Source: Methanotrichaceae archaeon (GTDB taxonomy: Archaea; Halobacteriota; Methanosarcinia; Methanotrichales; Methanotrichaceae). Taken from it: a stretch of 64,000 nucleotides of DNA. Shown piece after piece: positions 1 through 9,102 of this stretch. Under the pieces are notes generated by a model. It saw only the letters and a program-made list of their open reading frames with translations, was not told where the DNA came from and made no database searches. The stretch is taken from NCBI GenBank assembly GCA_963748825.1, contig CAVVKN010000003.1, positions 66,552-130,551 of the forward strand, read 5' to 3'. The translations under genes and the position numbers were made by a program. Each line of letters begins with the position of its first letter. Positions within the stretch are counted from its first letter, which is position 1.

Positions 1-1601
1 CAAATGAGAAGGTAGCCTTTGAGGTTGCTGCGGGAGCCTCCCTGGCCGGAGCACGCTCCATTGTGACCATGAAGCATGTGGGGCTGAATGTGGCGGCAGA
101 CCCGCTCATGACTTTGAGCTATATCAGCGTTGAGGGAGGATTTGTGGCCTGCGTGGCCGATGATCCGGGCATGCACTCCTCGCAAAACGAGCAGGATACC
201 CGCAATTACGCTCGCTTTGCCAAAATTCCCCTATTCGAGCCCTCCGACAGCCAGGAGGCAAAGGACTTCCTCAAGCTGGCCATCCAGGTCTCGGAGGGGT
301 TCAAGACGCCGGTCATCCTGCGCACCACCACCAGAGTCAGCCACTCCAGGAGTCTGGTGGATCTAGGCGAGCGCATTCTTTCCGAAAAGAAGATCGGCCT
401 GGTCAAAGACCCGCCCCGTTTTGTGCCCATACCCGTCTGGGGCCGGCCCATGCGCCAGAGGGTAGAGGACAGGCTCCTTCGCCTGCGAGCCCTTTCAGAA
501 TGCTCGCCCGCCAATCGCATAGAATGGCGGGAAAGAGATTTGGGGATCATCACATCTTCCATCGCCTACCAGTATGCCCGAGAGGTCTGGCCCCAGGCCT
601 GCATTCTCAAGCTGGGAATGTCCTATCCTTTCCCTGATGCTCTGATCCGGGAGTTTGCGGCTGGCGTCTCAAGTCTTCTCGTGGTGGAGGAGCTGGACGA
701 CTTCATTGAGCAGCACGTCAAGGCCCTGGGCATCACATGTCGGGGAAGAGATGTTGTTCCTGGGATCATGGAGCTGTCCGTGGACCGGCTGCTGGCGTCC
801 CGGGCCAGGCTAGAAGGAAGGCCGGTGCCAGAGGAAAAGCCCTCTATGTTTTCGGACCGCTTGCCGCCCCGCCCGCCGGTGCTCTGTCCCGGCTGCCCTC
901 ACCGCGGCATCTTCTATTCCTTAGGCAAAGAGGACGTGGTGGTGACTGGCGACATCGGATGCTACAGCCTGGGAGCTTTCCAGCCGCTGGACAGAATGGA
1001 CAGCATCCTCTGCATGGGCGCCGGCATATCCATGGCCCACGGCCTAGAGAAGGCAGGCGAGCCTCGCAAGGTCGTGGGCATTGTGGGCGACTCTACCTTC
1101 TTTCACTCCGGCATCACCGGCCTACTGGATATCGCCTACAACAAGGGCCATTCGACCATAATCGTATTGGACAACCGCACCACGGCCATGACCGGCCATC
1201 AGGACCATCCCGGCACGGGCAGAACTCTCATGGGTGAAGCGGTAAAAGCCGTCTCCATAGAGGATATCGGCCGGGCCTGCGGCATCGAGCGTGTCTGTGT
1301 GATCAATCCCTATGACCTGGACGCTTCCCGGCTGGCCATCTCTGATGAAATCGCGGCAAAGGAGCCGTCCCTGATCGTCTCGCGTGCGCCCTGCCCTCTG
1401 CGGGAGAAGAAAAAGGTTGGTGTGACCAGAAAAATCGTGGCGGATGAATGCAAGGGCTGCGAGCTGTGTCTGGATCTCGGCTGCCCGGCTATTGAAGGCG
1501 GAGAGGACGGCCCCAGGATAAACGAGACGCTCTGTGCTGGCTGCGGCCTATGCCAGCAGGTCTGTCCGGCCGGGGCCATCATCAGCGGGGGGAGAGCATG
1601 A
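1..1601 (+). CDS. iorA: Indolepyruvate:ferredoxin oxidoreductase alpha subunit (5' end lies before the window)
   Basis: MKHVGLNVAAD, DDPGMHSSQNEQD, LCPGCPHR, GDIGCY and GDSTFFHSG (TPP-binding) motifs; C-terminal 2x[4Fe-4S] ferredoxin motifs. The frame is open to the window start. Confidence 0.95.
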   Translation, partial: NEKVAFEVAAGASLAGARSIVTMKHVGLNVAADPLMTLSYISVEGGFVACVADDPGMHSSQNEQDTRNYARFAKIPLFEPSDSQEAKDFLKLAIQVSEGFKTPVILRTTTRVSHSRSLVDLGERILSEKKIGLVKDPPRFVPIPVWGRPMRQRVEDRLLRLRALSECSPANRIEWRERDLGIITSSIAYQYAREVWPQACILKLGMSYPFPDALIREFAAGVSSLLVVEELDDFIEQHVKALGITCRGRDVVPGIMELSVDRLLASRARLEGRPVPEEKPSMFSDRLPPRPPVLCPGCPHRGIFYSLGKEDVVVTGDIGCYSLGAFQPLDRMDSILCMGAGISMAHGLEKAGEPRKVVGIVGDSTFFHSGITGLLDIAYNKGHSTIIVLDNRTTAMTGHQDHPGTGRTLMGEAVKAVSIEDIGRACGIERVCVINPYDLDASRLAISDEIAAKEPSLIVSRAPCPLREKKKVGVTRKIVADECKGCELCLDLGCPAIEGGEDGPRINETLCAGCGLCQQVCPAGAIISGGRA

Positions 1602-2218
1602 GCGAGAATGGCAGTATGGCGAAGGAGACCGCGAAGGAGACAGCGGAGACGAAGAGCATCGTAATAGTTGGCGTGGGCGGACAGGGAATTTTGCTGGCCA
1701 GCGAGATACTGGCCCAGGCGGCCATGCTGGAAGGCTACGATGTCAAGACCAATGAGGTGCACGGCATGGCGCAGCGGGGCGGCTCGGTGATGGCTCAGAT
1801 TCGCTATGGCAGAGAGGTGCATAGCCCCCTGGTGGCCAGGAATGCAGCTCACATTCTGGGCGCTTTGGAGAAGGTAGAGGCGCTCCGCTACGCAGACTAC
1901 CTTCGACCAGACGGCCTGGCTGCCGTAAGCTCTCAGGCCATAATGCCTGTGACAGTTTCCTCGGGCGCGGCCCATTATCCGGAAGACGCGGAAGAGCTGC
2001 TGCACCAAGCCTTTCCCAGGCTGGTTTACATCGATGCCGCAAAAATAGCCAAAGATCTGGGTGACATTCGGGCGGCCAATGTCGTCCTCCTGGGAGCCAT
2101 CTCCCAGGGTCTGGATCTGCCCTTGGAGTCGTGGGAGAAGGCCATTGCGCTATGCGTGCGGGAGAAGTTTCTAGATATCAACCGGAAAGCCTTTGCCGCG
2201 GGAAGGAACTATTCATGA
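1598..2218 (+). CDS. iorB: Indolepyruvate oxidoreductase beta subunit
   Basis: GVGGQG and EVHGMAQRGGSV motifs; ATGA overlap with the iorA stop. Confidence 0.93.
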   Translation: MSENGSMAKETAKETAETKSIVIVGVGGQGILLASEILAQAAMLEGYDVKTNEVHGMAQRGGSVMAQIRYGREVHSPLVARNAAHILGALEKVEALRYADYLRPDGLAAVSSQAIMPVTVSSGAAHYPEDAEELLHQAFPRLVYIDAAKIAKDLGDIRAANVVLLGAISQGLDLPLESWEKAIALCVREKFLDINRKAFAAGRNYS

Positions 2219-3507
2219 CAAAAAATGACAATTTTCACAATAAATTAATGGAAACCGCTTCCAGAAAGGACATATTGGAGATGCAGTCCGCGAGGCTGAA
2301 AGCCATAGTCAAACACGTTTACGAGTCCAATGCCTCCTACCGGCGGCTCTTTGATGAGGCGAACGTAAAGCCGGAGGACATCCGGACAGCAGACGATGTG
2401 GTCAAGCTTCCCATGACCAACAAGGACATCCTGCGGGAGAGCTACCCTCTGGGGCTCTCCTGCGTGCCGCGCCAGAAGATCGTGGAGATGCACATGTCCT
2501 CTGGCTCTACAGGAACGCCGGTGGTCATGCCTTACACCGAGAATGATCTGTTGCAATGGGCGGAGTGCATGGCCCGCTGCTACCGCATGGCCGGGGCGAA
2601 GCCCGGAGACGCCACCCAGATCACACCTCTCTTCGGCCTTTTCAACGGTGGCTTTGGCATGTACCACGGGGCGCGGGCGGCGGGGCTCTTTGTCATACCG
2701 GCCGGGCCAGGAAATACCGCCCGGCAGATACGCCTGGCCAAGGATCTGAAGACGCGGGTCTTCACGGGCGTTGTGAGCTACGGTGTGCGGCTCATGGAGA
2801 TCTTGGAGGAGCAGAAGGAGACTCTGCCGGACCTCGAGATCGGCATCTTCGGGGCGGAGGCATTCTCTGAGTCCATGAAAAAGAAGATCTCAAACGGCCT
2901 GAACATCGATGTCTTCGACATCTACGGCATGACCGAGTCGGGCGGCGTGGGCACGCTGGGCATGGACTGCTCGGCTCACGACGGCCTGCACGTCTGGGAG
3001 GATCAGTACATTCTGGAGATCATCGATCCCAAGACGGGAGAGCCGGTGGATGACGGAGAGGAGGGCGAGCTGGTCTTCACCTCCTTAACGCGCGAGGCGT
3101 TGCCCATGATTCGCTTCCGCACCGCTGACCTGACCCACATCATATCCCGGGACACCTGTGAGTGCGGCAGGACTCATCTGAAGATCGCGCCCATCACCGG
3201 TCGGCGGGACGACATGCTGATTGTCAAGGGCGTGAACTTCTTCCCCAAGCAGATCGAGCAGACGCTCCTTGGCATTCCCGGCATCGGCAACAACTACCAG
3301 ATCATTGTGGAAGAGGTGGACGGGGTCAACAATGTGCGGGTAAATGTGGAGGCCGGGCCCGGAGTCACGGGCTACATGGTGGAAAAGGCGCTCAAGGAGA
3401 CACTGGGCTTTTCACCCAAGGGAGATGTCTTTCCCATAGGCGGCCTGCCCCGCCAGGAGGGCAAGGCGAAAAGGGTGTTCCACGAGAAGATCGGAGGGGG
3501 GAAATAG
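2215..3507 (+). CDS. paaK: Phenylacetate-CoA ligase family protein
   Basis: SSGSTG P-loop, DIYGMTE, RFRTADL and GRRDDMLIVKGVN motifs; ATGA overlap with iorB, the usual iorAB-paaK arrangement. Confidence 0.92.
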   Translation: MTKNDNFHNKLMETASRKDILEMQSARLKAIVKHVYESNASYRRLFDEANVKPEDIRTADDVVKLPMTNKDILRESYPLGLSCVPRQKIVEMHMSSGSTGTPVVMPYTENDLLQWAECMARCYRMAGAKPGDATQITPLFGLFNGGFGMYHGARAAGLFVIPAGPGNTARQIRLAKDLKTRVFTGVVSYGVRLMEILEEQKETLPDLEIGIFGAEAFSESMKKKISNGLNIDVFDIYGMTESGGVGTLGMDCSAHDGLHVWEDQYILEIIDPKTGEPVDDGEEGELVFTSLTREALPMIRFRTADLTHIISRDTCECGRTHLKIAPITGRRDDMLIVKGVNFFPKQIEQTLLGIPGIGNNYQIIVEEVDGVNNVRVNVEAGPGVTGYMVEKALKETLGFSPKGDVFPIGGLPRQEGKAKRVFHEKIGGGK

Positions 3508-3961
3508 GCCCCTCGCGCATTTTTAGAATCGCGTTTTATACACATCGTTGCTAACCTATGTGGGAATGTTGTCGTTTGGATCTGTGAGCAGATAATATTA
3601 TGGTGTTATTCCACTTAGACCGAAATAATTCCGGCTAGGTGAGAATTATTTGGTAGAGATCGAGAATAGAAGTAGGGAACTGACAGATGCATTAACCCTT
3701 AAAGCTGTGTGCTTGAAACCTCGTTAGAATCAAATTCCATTTTACCAAATTACTTCTTATTATTTTTTATTCCAATCAATGCATCATTGTTTATGAATAA
3801 TGATAATAAATCGCCATTTTTTAGATTTCGATTACTATTTCCTAGGTCTTTTCTAATTTCTATATTTAAAGATGTGCTCAAAATTACACAAAGCACCACA
3901 TCTAGAAATAGTTCTTACGATCTTGCCGTTGCATCAAGCATTTCGCAATAAGTCTGGAGGG

Positions 3962-4278
3962 CTATGTAGATCCTGTATGTGGAAAATCAAGGCAAAATTC
4001 CTGACCATATGCAGCCATCTCGCAATCCTTCCTGAAGCTTTCAGGTATTTCAGCAAGGATTATTGTATATTTTGAGGCGATTGAATATTCGCTAATTAAT
4101 GCTCCGGAATCCATCTTAGTTTCTGGATGATTACTGCTTCGGCATTCTCTATCAAGGTGATGCTCTGCGCCCTGTGCCTGCCGCTCTTCACAATAACCAC
4201 CGGCCCCTGCATCTTTCGGGCCTCGGCGTAGATCTTTGCACCGTGCAATGCATCGCCTTCTTCGTAGCAATCCATCAA
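3962..4278 (-). pseudogene. Degraded or frameshifted small ORF(s) translationally coupled to the RHH gene
   Basis: ORF 4096-4278 overlaps the stop of 4275-4616 and continues in another frame toward an AT-rich decayed stretch (~3700-3960). No family recognised. Confidence 0.3.
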
Positions 4279-4616
4279 ATGGCCTCCAGGCGGCCTTCTT
4301 TCTTCAGCTCGGCAGTAATGCGGCGCACCAGGTCAAAATCCAGCTCCAGATCCTGAGAGATCTCATCAGGATAAGCCTCTTGCTTTCTCTGGAAGTATCC
4401 GATGATTTCCTTTTTTGCCGTCTCATAATCGACGTCACGGCATTTTATCACTTTTATGGCTGCCAGCTTGTCACGGATAGCTTCTCGAACGAAGTCCGAT
4501 GCGTTGAGATAAACTCCTGCATCAATCAGATCCTGGATCTGCGTCAACTCGCTGCGCGTGATCTTCGATCCTATAACACATCCCTGGGATTCCTTCGACC
4601 TCACCGCACTGGCCAT
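4275..4616 (-). CDS. Ribbon-helix-helix (CopG/Arc-MetJ) regulator with C-terminal winged-helix-like domain
   Basis: IQDLIDAGVYLNASDFVREAIRDKL is the archaeal RHH signature; C-terminal YPDEISQDLELDFDLVRRI helix-turn-helix. Confidence 0.75.
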   Translation of the reverse strand: MASAVRSKESQGCVIGSKITRSELTQIQDLIDAGVYLNASDFVREAIRDKLAAIKVIKCRDVDYETAKKEIIGYFQRKQEAYPDEISQDLELDFDLVRRITAELKKEGRLEAI

Positions 4617-4653
4617 GCGTTAAATTAGGTTAACGTTGGTTAAAAACTTTTCC
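4617..4653 (-). promoter_or_regulatory. BRE/TATA promoter with three TTAAC direct repeats (candidate autoregulatory operator)
   Basis: The minus strand reads gaaaag-tttTTAACcaacgTTAACctaatTTAACgc-ATG: 10-bp periodic repeats and leaderless spacing. Confidence 0.5.
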
Positions 4654-4780
4654 CAGGAGATTTGATTTGTCCTCACTTGTGCTTCAATGGGATTGATACT
4701 CAACCCTAAGTCCTGCTGGGGGGATCGGTCTTGAGTCAAAAATAGAATTTTAAGAGTCGCGTAAAAATTCCGCAGCTTCT

Positions 4781-5395
4781 CTATACCGTCCCGCAGGGGC
4801 TCTCCGTGAAGCTCTTCTCGAAGACCTCCCTCTCGGCAGCCACTTCAGCGAAGATCTGCGCCTGGAAGTGCTGAACCTCGGTGTCCTCATCCAGCCAGGC
4901 ATCCGGGGGCAGTCCCGCCTTGACGCAGGTCTGCGAGAGGAATTCCAGCGGGTCGAAGCCCCACTCCGGAGCCACCTGGGGCAGGAGCAGGCCGGAAAAA
5001 GGCCCTTTGGTGACAATTAGCCCGTCCTTGCCGATCTTCACTAGCTCAGGCAGCTTCTTTTTGGGCTCGATGTAAGGTTCGGGCTGGGTGAGTATGGTCA
5101 CCTCTATCTCGATCCTCTCGAGCTCGCCCGGGTGCACGCAGGGAAAGCGCGGGTCGCGGGAGCAGGCATTGATGGCCGAGTCCACAATAGCCTTTCCGAG
5201 CGGCATGATGGGCTCCGGGTAGCCGATGCAACCGCGCAGGTCACCGTCCTCGTGCAAGGTCACAAAGACGCCCCGCTTTTCCTCGAATACAGGCGGCAGG
5301 CCCCTGGGCTCGATGATCTTTTTCTTCTCGGTGTAGCCGGTCAGAGCCTTTCTGGCCAAATGGACGGCCAGACGGCCCTCTTCCAGTGTCAGCAT
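4781..5395 (-). CDS. AMMECR1-domain protein (TIGR00296 type)
   Basis: GVFVTL, LRGCIG, DPRF, IEVTIL, GLLLPQVA and TCVKAGL motifs. Confidence 0.93.
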   Translation of the reverse strand: MLTLEEGRLAVHLARKALTGYTEKKKIIEPRGLPPVFEEKRGVFVTLHEDGDLRGCIGYPEPIMPLGKAIVDSAINACSRDPRFPCVHPGELERIEIEVTILTQPEPYIEPKKKLPELVKIGKDGLIVTKGPFSGLLLPQVAPEWGFDPLEFLSQTCVKAGLPPDAWLDEDTEVQHFQAQIFAEVAAEREVFEKSFTESPCGTV

Positions 5396-5473
5396 AAACG
5401 TTACTGTAGGACTGGAAACTATTAAAGAGTTGTGCGGCTCCGACCTCTGAGAGATCTTGAGAAAAGCATCTCC

Positions 5474-6136
5474 CTAGTTCCAGTTGAGACGATTCCAGTA
5501 CTCGTATTCGTGCTCCCAGTTCTCTTTGTTCATCTTCACGAGCTTCTTGAAGTACTCCCGCGTTTCCTCTTGCATCTTCCTCTGCTCGACGTAGTCGCGC
5601 TTGGTCTTGATATCCTCAGCTAGAGATTTGCCGAGCACAATGGCCTTCTTCTCCGCCTCCTCTAGAGTCCCCGGCCCCTGGGACATGGCAGCGCCCACGC
5701 TTCCCGTGACGAAGGCTCCGAAATTGAGCATCAGGCCGTCCAGATAAGTCGTGACCTGATCGTAGTTGCTGCCGCCGCTGGAAACGCTGCAGCAGTACTT
5801 GCCTGTGAGAAGCTGGCAGTGAATGGCGTCCGCCATGCGATCGATGAGCGTCTTCATCTGCGCCGTGACGGTGTGGAAATAATTGGGCGAGCCCCAGACC
5901 ATGCCGTCTGCGGCCAGGATTTTGTTATAGAGCCCCTGGAAGTCGTCTTTATGCACGCATTCGCCTTTCTTGAAGCAGACCTGGCAAGCGTTGCAGAATT
6001 TGATGTCCAGCTCACAGACATCCACCAGCTCCACCTCGGCCCCGGAAGCTCTTGCCCCATCCAGGGCGGCCTGAACCAGCCGCAGCGTCGTGCTCTTGGA
6101 GCCCCGCGGGCTGGCGCAAATTCCTAAAATCTTCAT
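5474..6136 (-). CDS. Flavodoxin-family / iron-sulfur flavoprotein (NADPH-dependent FMN reductase fold)
   Basis: SPR FMN loop, CxxCxxCxxxxxC cluster motif, GSPNYF...KTLIDR. Confidence 0.9.
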   Translation of the reverse strand: MKILGICASPRGSKSTTLRLVQAALDGARASGAEVELVDVCELDIKFCNACQVCFKKGECVHKDDFQGLYNKILAADGMVWGSPNYFHTVTAQMKTLIDRMADAIHCQLLTGKYCCSVSSGGSNYDQVTTYLDGLMLNFGAFVTGSVGAAMSQGPGTLEEAEKKAIVLGKSLAEDIKTKRDYVEQRKMQEETREYFKKLVKMNKENWEHEYEYWNRLNWN

Positions 6137-6260
6137 ATCTTATCCTCCATTAACCTATCCTGATAATCATGATATTATGTTCCGTTAATATTTTTCCATG
6201 CACTCGTTAATATCCAGTTTTATTCATTTATTTTTTCCCATCGTTTCGCAAAATTTCGAT

Positions 6261-7097
6261 TCAGGTGACCACTGCGTTCTTGAAAACCCTCCAGGCCACC
6301 AGGAACATGGCCGCCGCAAAGCCCGTCAATGCCAGAAAGGAGAGCATTACGTCGCTGCTGCTGTAAACATAATGAATGCCGATGGCGTAAAAGTCTCTGC
6401 CCACGGCAAAGTAGCGCACCCCGTTCACCAGATGGGTAAGCGGATTGAACTGAGAGAGCGTTCTCACCACGCCTGGGAAGGCATCAATGGGGTAGAGGGC
6501 ATTGCTGGCGAAGAACAGGGGCAGGGTGAGAAGGGTGATCACGGCCTGTAGCCCCTCCGGAGTGTCCATGCTCATGGATATGGCCGAGGAGAGGAAGAGA
6601 AATCCTAAGGAAAAGACGCCCACAAAGAGCAGAACTCCCAAAACAGCCCCAACCGTCTGCATCAAGGTATAGCCGGGAAAGAAGCGCACCCCTATGACAA
6701 GGCCAAAGCCCATGATAACCATCACCTGGATGAAGGACTTGGTGACGCCGGAAAGGCCAATACCGAGGATTATGTGGTTTCGGGGCATGGGGCTGGCCAG
6801 AAGCTCCCTCATCAGCCCCCAGTTCTTGTCGAATAGCAGGGTGATCCCGCCGAAGAGGCTGGTAAAAAGTGTGGTCAGAGCAATCACTCCTGCCCCCATA
6901 AAGGTCAGGTAGGATACGGCGGTCACGCCCTCGGGCACGACCATGCCGGAGCTGAGCCGGGAGAAGTTGCTGGACATGGCTGCCCCGTAAAGCGCCATCC
7001 ACAAGGCGGGCTGGATGAGGGATACCACCAGAGCAATTCGAAAGCGCACAAAGCGAAGCATATCGCGCCAGTAGATGGTTAAAAACTCCCAGGACAT
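6261..7097 (-). CDS. ABC-2 type exporter permease
   Basis: Six hydrophobic segments, ELLASPM and NPLTHLVNGVR motifs; downstream of the ATPase gene. Confidence 0.9.
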   Translation of the reverse strand: MSWEFLTIYWRDMLRFVRFRIALVVSLIQPALWMALYGAAMSSNFSRLSSGMVVPEGVTAVSYLTFMGAGVIALTTLFTSLFGGITLLFDKNWGLMRELLASPMPRNHIILGIGLSGVTKSFIQVMVIMGFGLVIGVRFFPGYTLMQTVGAVLGVLLFVGVFSLGFLFLSSAISMSMDTPEGLQAVITLLTLPLFFASNALYPIDAFPGVVRTLSQFNPLTHLVNGVRYFAVGRDFYAIGIHYVYSSSDVMLSFLALTGFAAAMFLVAWRVFKNAVVT

Positions 7098-7098
7098 A

Positions 7099-8088
7099 TC
7101 ATTTCCCTCCTTTGGACTGGAAGGGGAGCCGGTGCAGCTTCCCCGCTCCCGCCTCTCTGATATCGCGTCCTGTGTAGTGCACGAAGACGTCATCTAAAGT
7201 TGGCTTTTTCAGGTTGACGCTAATGATATCGATGCCCCTTTCCCGCAGCCGGTTCATGATGATGGGAAGGCAGTGCGTGCCATCCGCGTTTATGGTGACG
7301 GCCAGGCCCGCGGCTGCCGCTTTGACATCTCGAACTGCCTTCATGCCTCTTAGCATTTCTTCCGTCGCGGCGTTGTCGCTGGTGTCCAGGTAGATCATAT
7401 CATTTCCAAGGGCATCTTTGAGCTTGGTCGGATCGCCCGAAGCGATGATCTTGCCGTGGTCCAGAATGTCGATCCAGTTGCTCACCTGATCTGCCTCATC
7501 CATGTAGTGGGTTGTCAGGAAGATGGTGGTTCCGGAATCGTTGACTTTTTTGATGTAGTCCCACAGCCTGCGCCGGGTTTGCGTGTCCAGGCCGATGGTA
7601 GGCTCATCCAGGAAAAGCACCTTGGGCCTGGTCATCAGCCCCCGGCCAATCTCCAGCCGCCGCTTCATGCCGCCGGAGAGAAAGCGGGTGCGCACATTCC
7701 TCTTCTCCTCCAGCTCCACGAGCTTTATGATCTCTTCAATCCTCTCTTTTCGTTCCGCTTTGGGCATGGAGTAGATGCGACCGTGCAGCTCCAGGGTCTC
7801 CCAGACGGTGAGATCCCTGTCCAGTGTCTCATCCTGAAAGACGATGCCGATGGAGCGGCGCACCTGCTGCGGCTCTTTTGCCAGGTCGTATCCGGCGATG
7901 GTGACGGAGCCCTTCTGCACGGGCAGAAGCGTGGTGAGAATATTGATGACTGTGCTCTTTCCCGCCCCGTTGGGCCCCAGGAAGGAGAAGATCTCTCCCT
8001 CCCGGACAAAGAAGCAGACGCCATCCACTGCTTTGAAGTCCCCGTATTTGTATTCGAGATCCTTGACCTCTATGATTCTCTCGCTCAT
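7099..8088 (-). CDS. ABC exporter ATP-binding protein (DrrA-like)
   Basis: GPNGAGKS Walker A, LSGGM signature, LFLDEPT Walker B, TTHYMDEA, PTLDDVF. Confidence 0.95.
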   Translation of the reverse strand: MSERIIEVKDLEYKYGDFKAVDGVCFFVREGEIFSFLGPNGAGKSTVINILTTLLPVQKGSVTIAGYDLAKEPQQVRRSIGIVFQDETLDRDLTVWETLELHGRIYSMPKAERKERIEEIIKLVELEEKRNVRTRFLSGGMKRRLEIGRGLMTRPKVLFLDEPTIGLDTQTRRRLWDYIKKVNDSGTTIFLTTHYMDEADQVSNWIDILDHGKIIASGDPTKLKDALGNDMIYLDTSDNAATEEMLRGMKAVRDVKAAAAGLAVTINADGTHCLPIIMNRLRERGIDIISVNLKKPTLDDVFVHYTGRDIREAGAGKLHRLPFQSKGGK

Positions 8089-8140
8089 TTGTAGGGCGTC
8101 TTGTCACCTCTGAGAATTTATAGATGCCAGATCTGGCCGG

Positions 8141-8176
8141 TTGGTAGACAAAAGTCTTAACTTATTTGTCAGCCAA
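8141..8176. promoter_or_regulatory. Imperfect inverted repeat between the divergent ABC and rubrerythrin genes
   Basis: TTGGTAGACAAA-N12-TTTGTCAGCCAA (10/12 complementary). Confidence 0.45.
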
Positions 8177-8223
8177 GTTAAGGTATAGCTAAAAAAACAA
8201 TGCCATATTATGGAGTGATTTAA

Positions 8224-8721
8224 TTGACCAAGACTGAGGATTTCTTAATGGAGGCTTTTTCTGGTGAGTCGCAGGCGAACAGGAAGTACACCGCTTTTGC
8301 CGCCCAGGCGGACAAAGAGGGTTTTGCTCAGGCCGCCAAGCTCTTTCGGGCTGCAGCCGAGGCGGAGGCCGTGCACGCCGCCAACCACCTGCGTGCCTTG
8401 AAGGCCATCAAGAACACCAAGGAGAACCTGCGCGAGGCCATCGCCGGGGAGACACATGAGTTCAAGGAGATGTACCCGGAGATGATCGCGTCCGCCAAGG
8501 CCGAGGGTGCCAAGGACGCGGAGAGGAGCTTCAATTATGCCAACGCCGTGGAGGAGTACCACGCCCGGCTCTACCACGATATGCTGGAGGGCCTGGAGGC
8601 AAAGAAGGAGAGCTACCCCTACTTCGTCTGCCCGGTATGCGGCATGACTGTGGAGAAAGAGGCACCGGACAAGTGCCCGGTATGCGGAGTGAAGGGAAGC
8701 ATGTTCAAGAAGGTCGAGTAG
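8224..8721 (+). CDS. rbr: Rubrerythrin
   Basis: AFSGESQANRKY, EAVHA and EEYH di-iron motifs; C-terminal CPVCG...CPVCG rubredoxin domain. Confidence 0.93.
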   Translation: MTKTEDFLMEAFSGESQANRKYTAFAAQADKEGFAQAAKLFRAAAEAEAVHAANHLRALKAIKNTKENLREAIAGETHEFKEMYPEMIASAKAEGAKDAERSFNYANAVEEYHARLYHDMLEGLEAKKESYPYFVCPVCGMTVEKEAPDKCPVCGVKGSMFKKVE

Positions 8722-8892
8722 ATCGGAATCATCCTATTTTTCTTTGCCTGAATTTGAGTTTCCGCTCTTCCCTCAAATTGAGAATGAGTTTCATGTGACT
8801 CTGTTTCCCGAATGAAGACTTTTCTGCCCTTCATCCATTCAATGGTGCCATGTACTACTCTGATATACGTATAAATTTTGAGAGCTGATTCA

Positions 8893-9102
8893 TCAGCTCA
8901 GATCGGGTGGCAGCTCCCCTGTCAGGCACTCAATCCTTCTCTGTGCACCCTCCAGCCGGGAATTGCAGAGCTTGACCAGCTTCATGCCCTTCTCATACTG
9001 GTCCAGGCTCTCCTCCAAGGTCATCTTTCCCTCTTCCAGCACCTCTACAATCTGCTCCAGACTGTCCAGAGCCTCTTCCAGGCCGATCTCATTCTTCTTC
9101 AT
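8893..9102 (-). CDS. xseB: Exodeoxyribonuclease VII small subunit
   Basis: LEEALDSLEQIVEVLEEGKMTLEESLDQYEKGMKLVKLC pattern; overlaps the xseA stop. Confidence 0.92.
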   Translation of the reverse strand: MKKNEIGLEEALDSLEQIVEVLEEGKMTLEESLDQYEKGMKLVKLCNSRLEGAQRRIECLTGELPPDLS

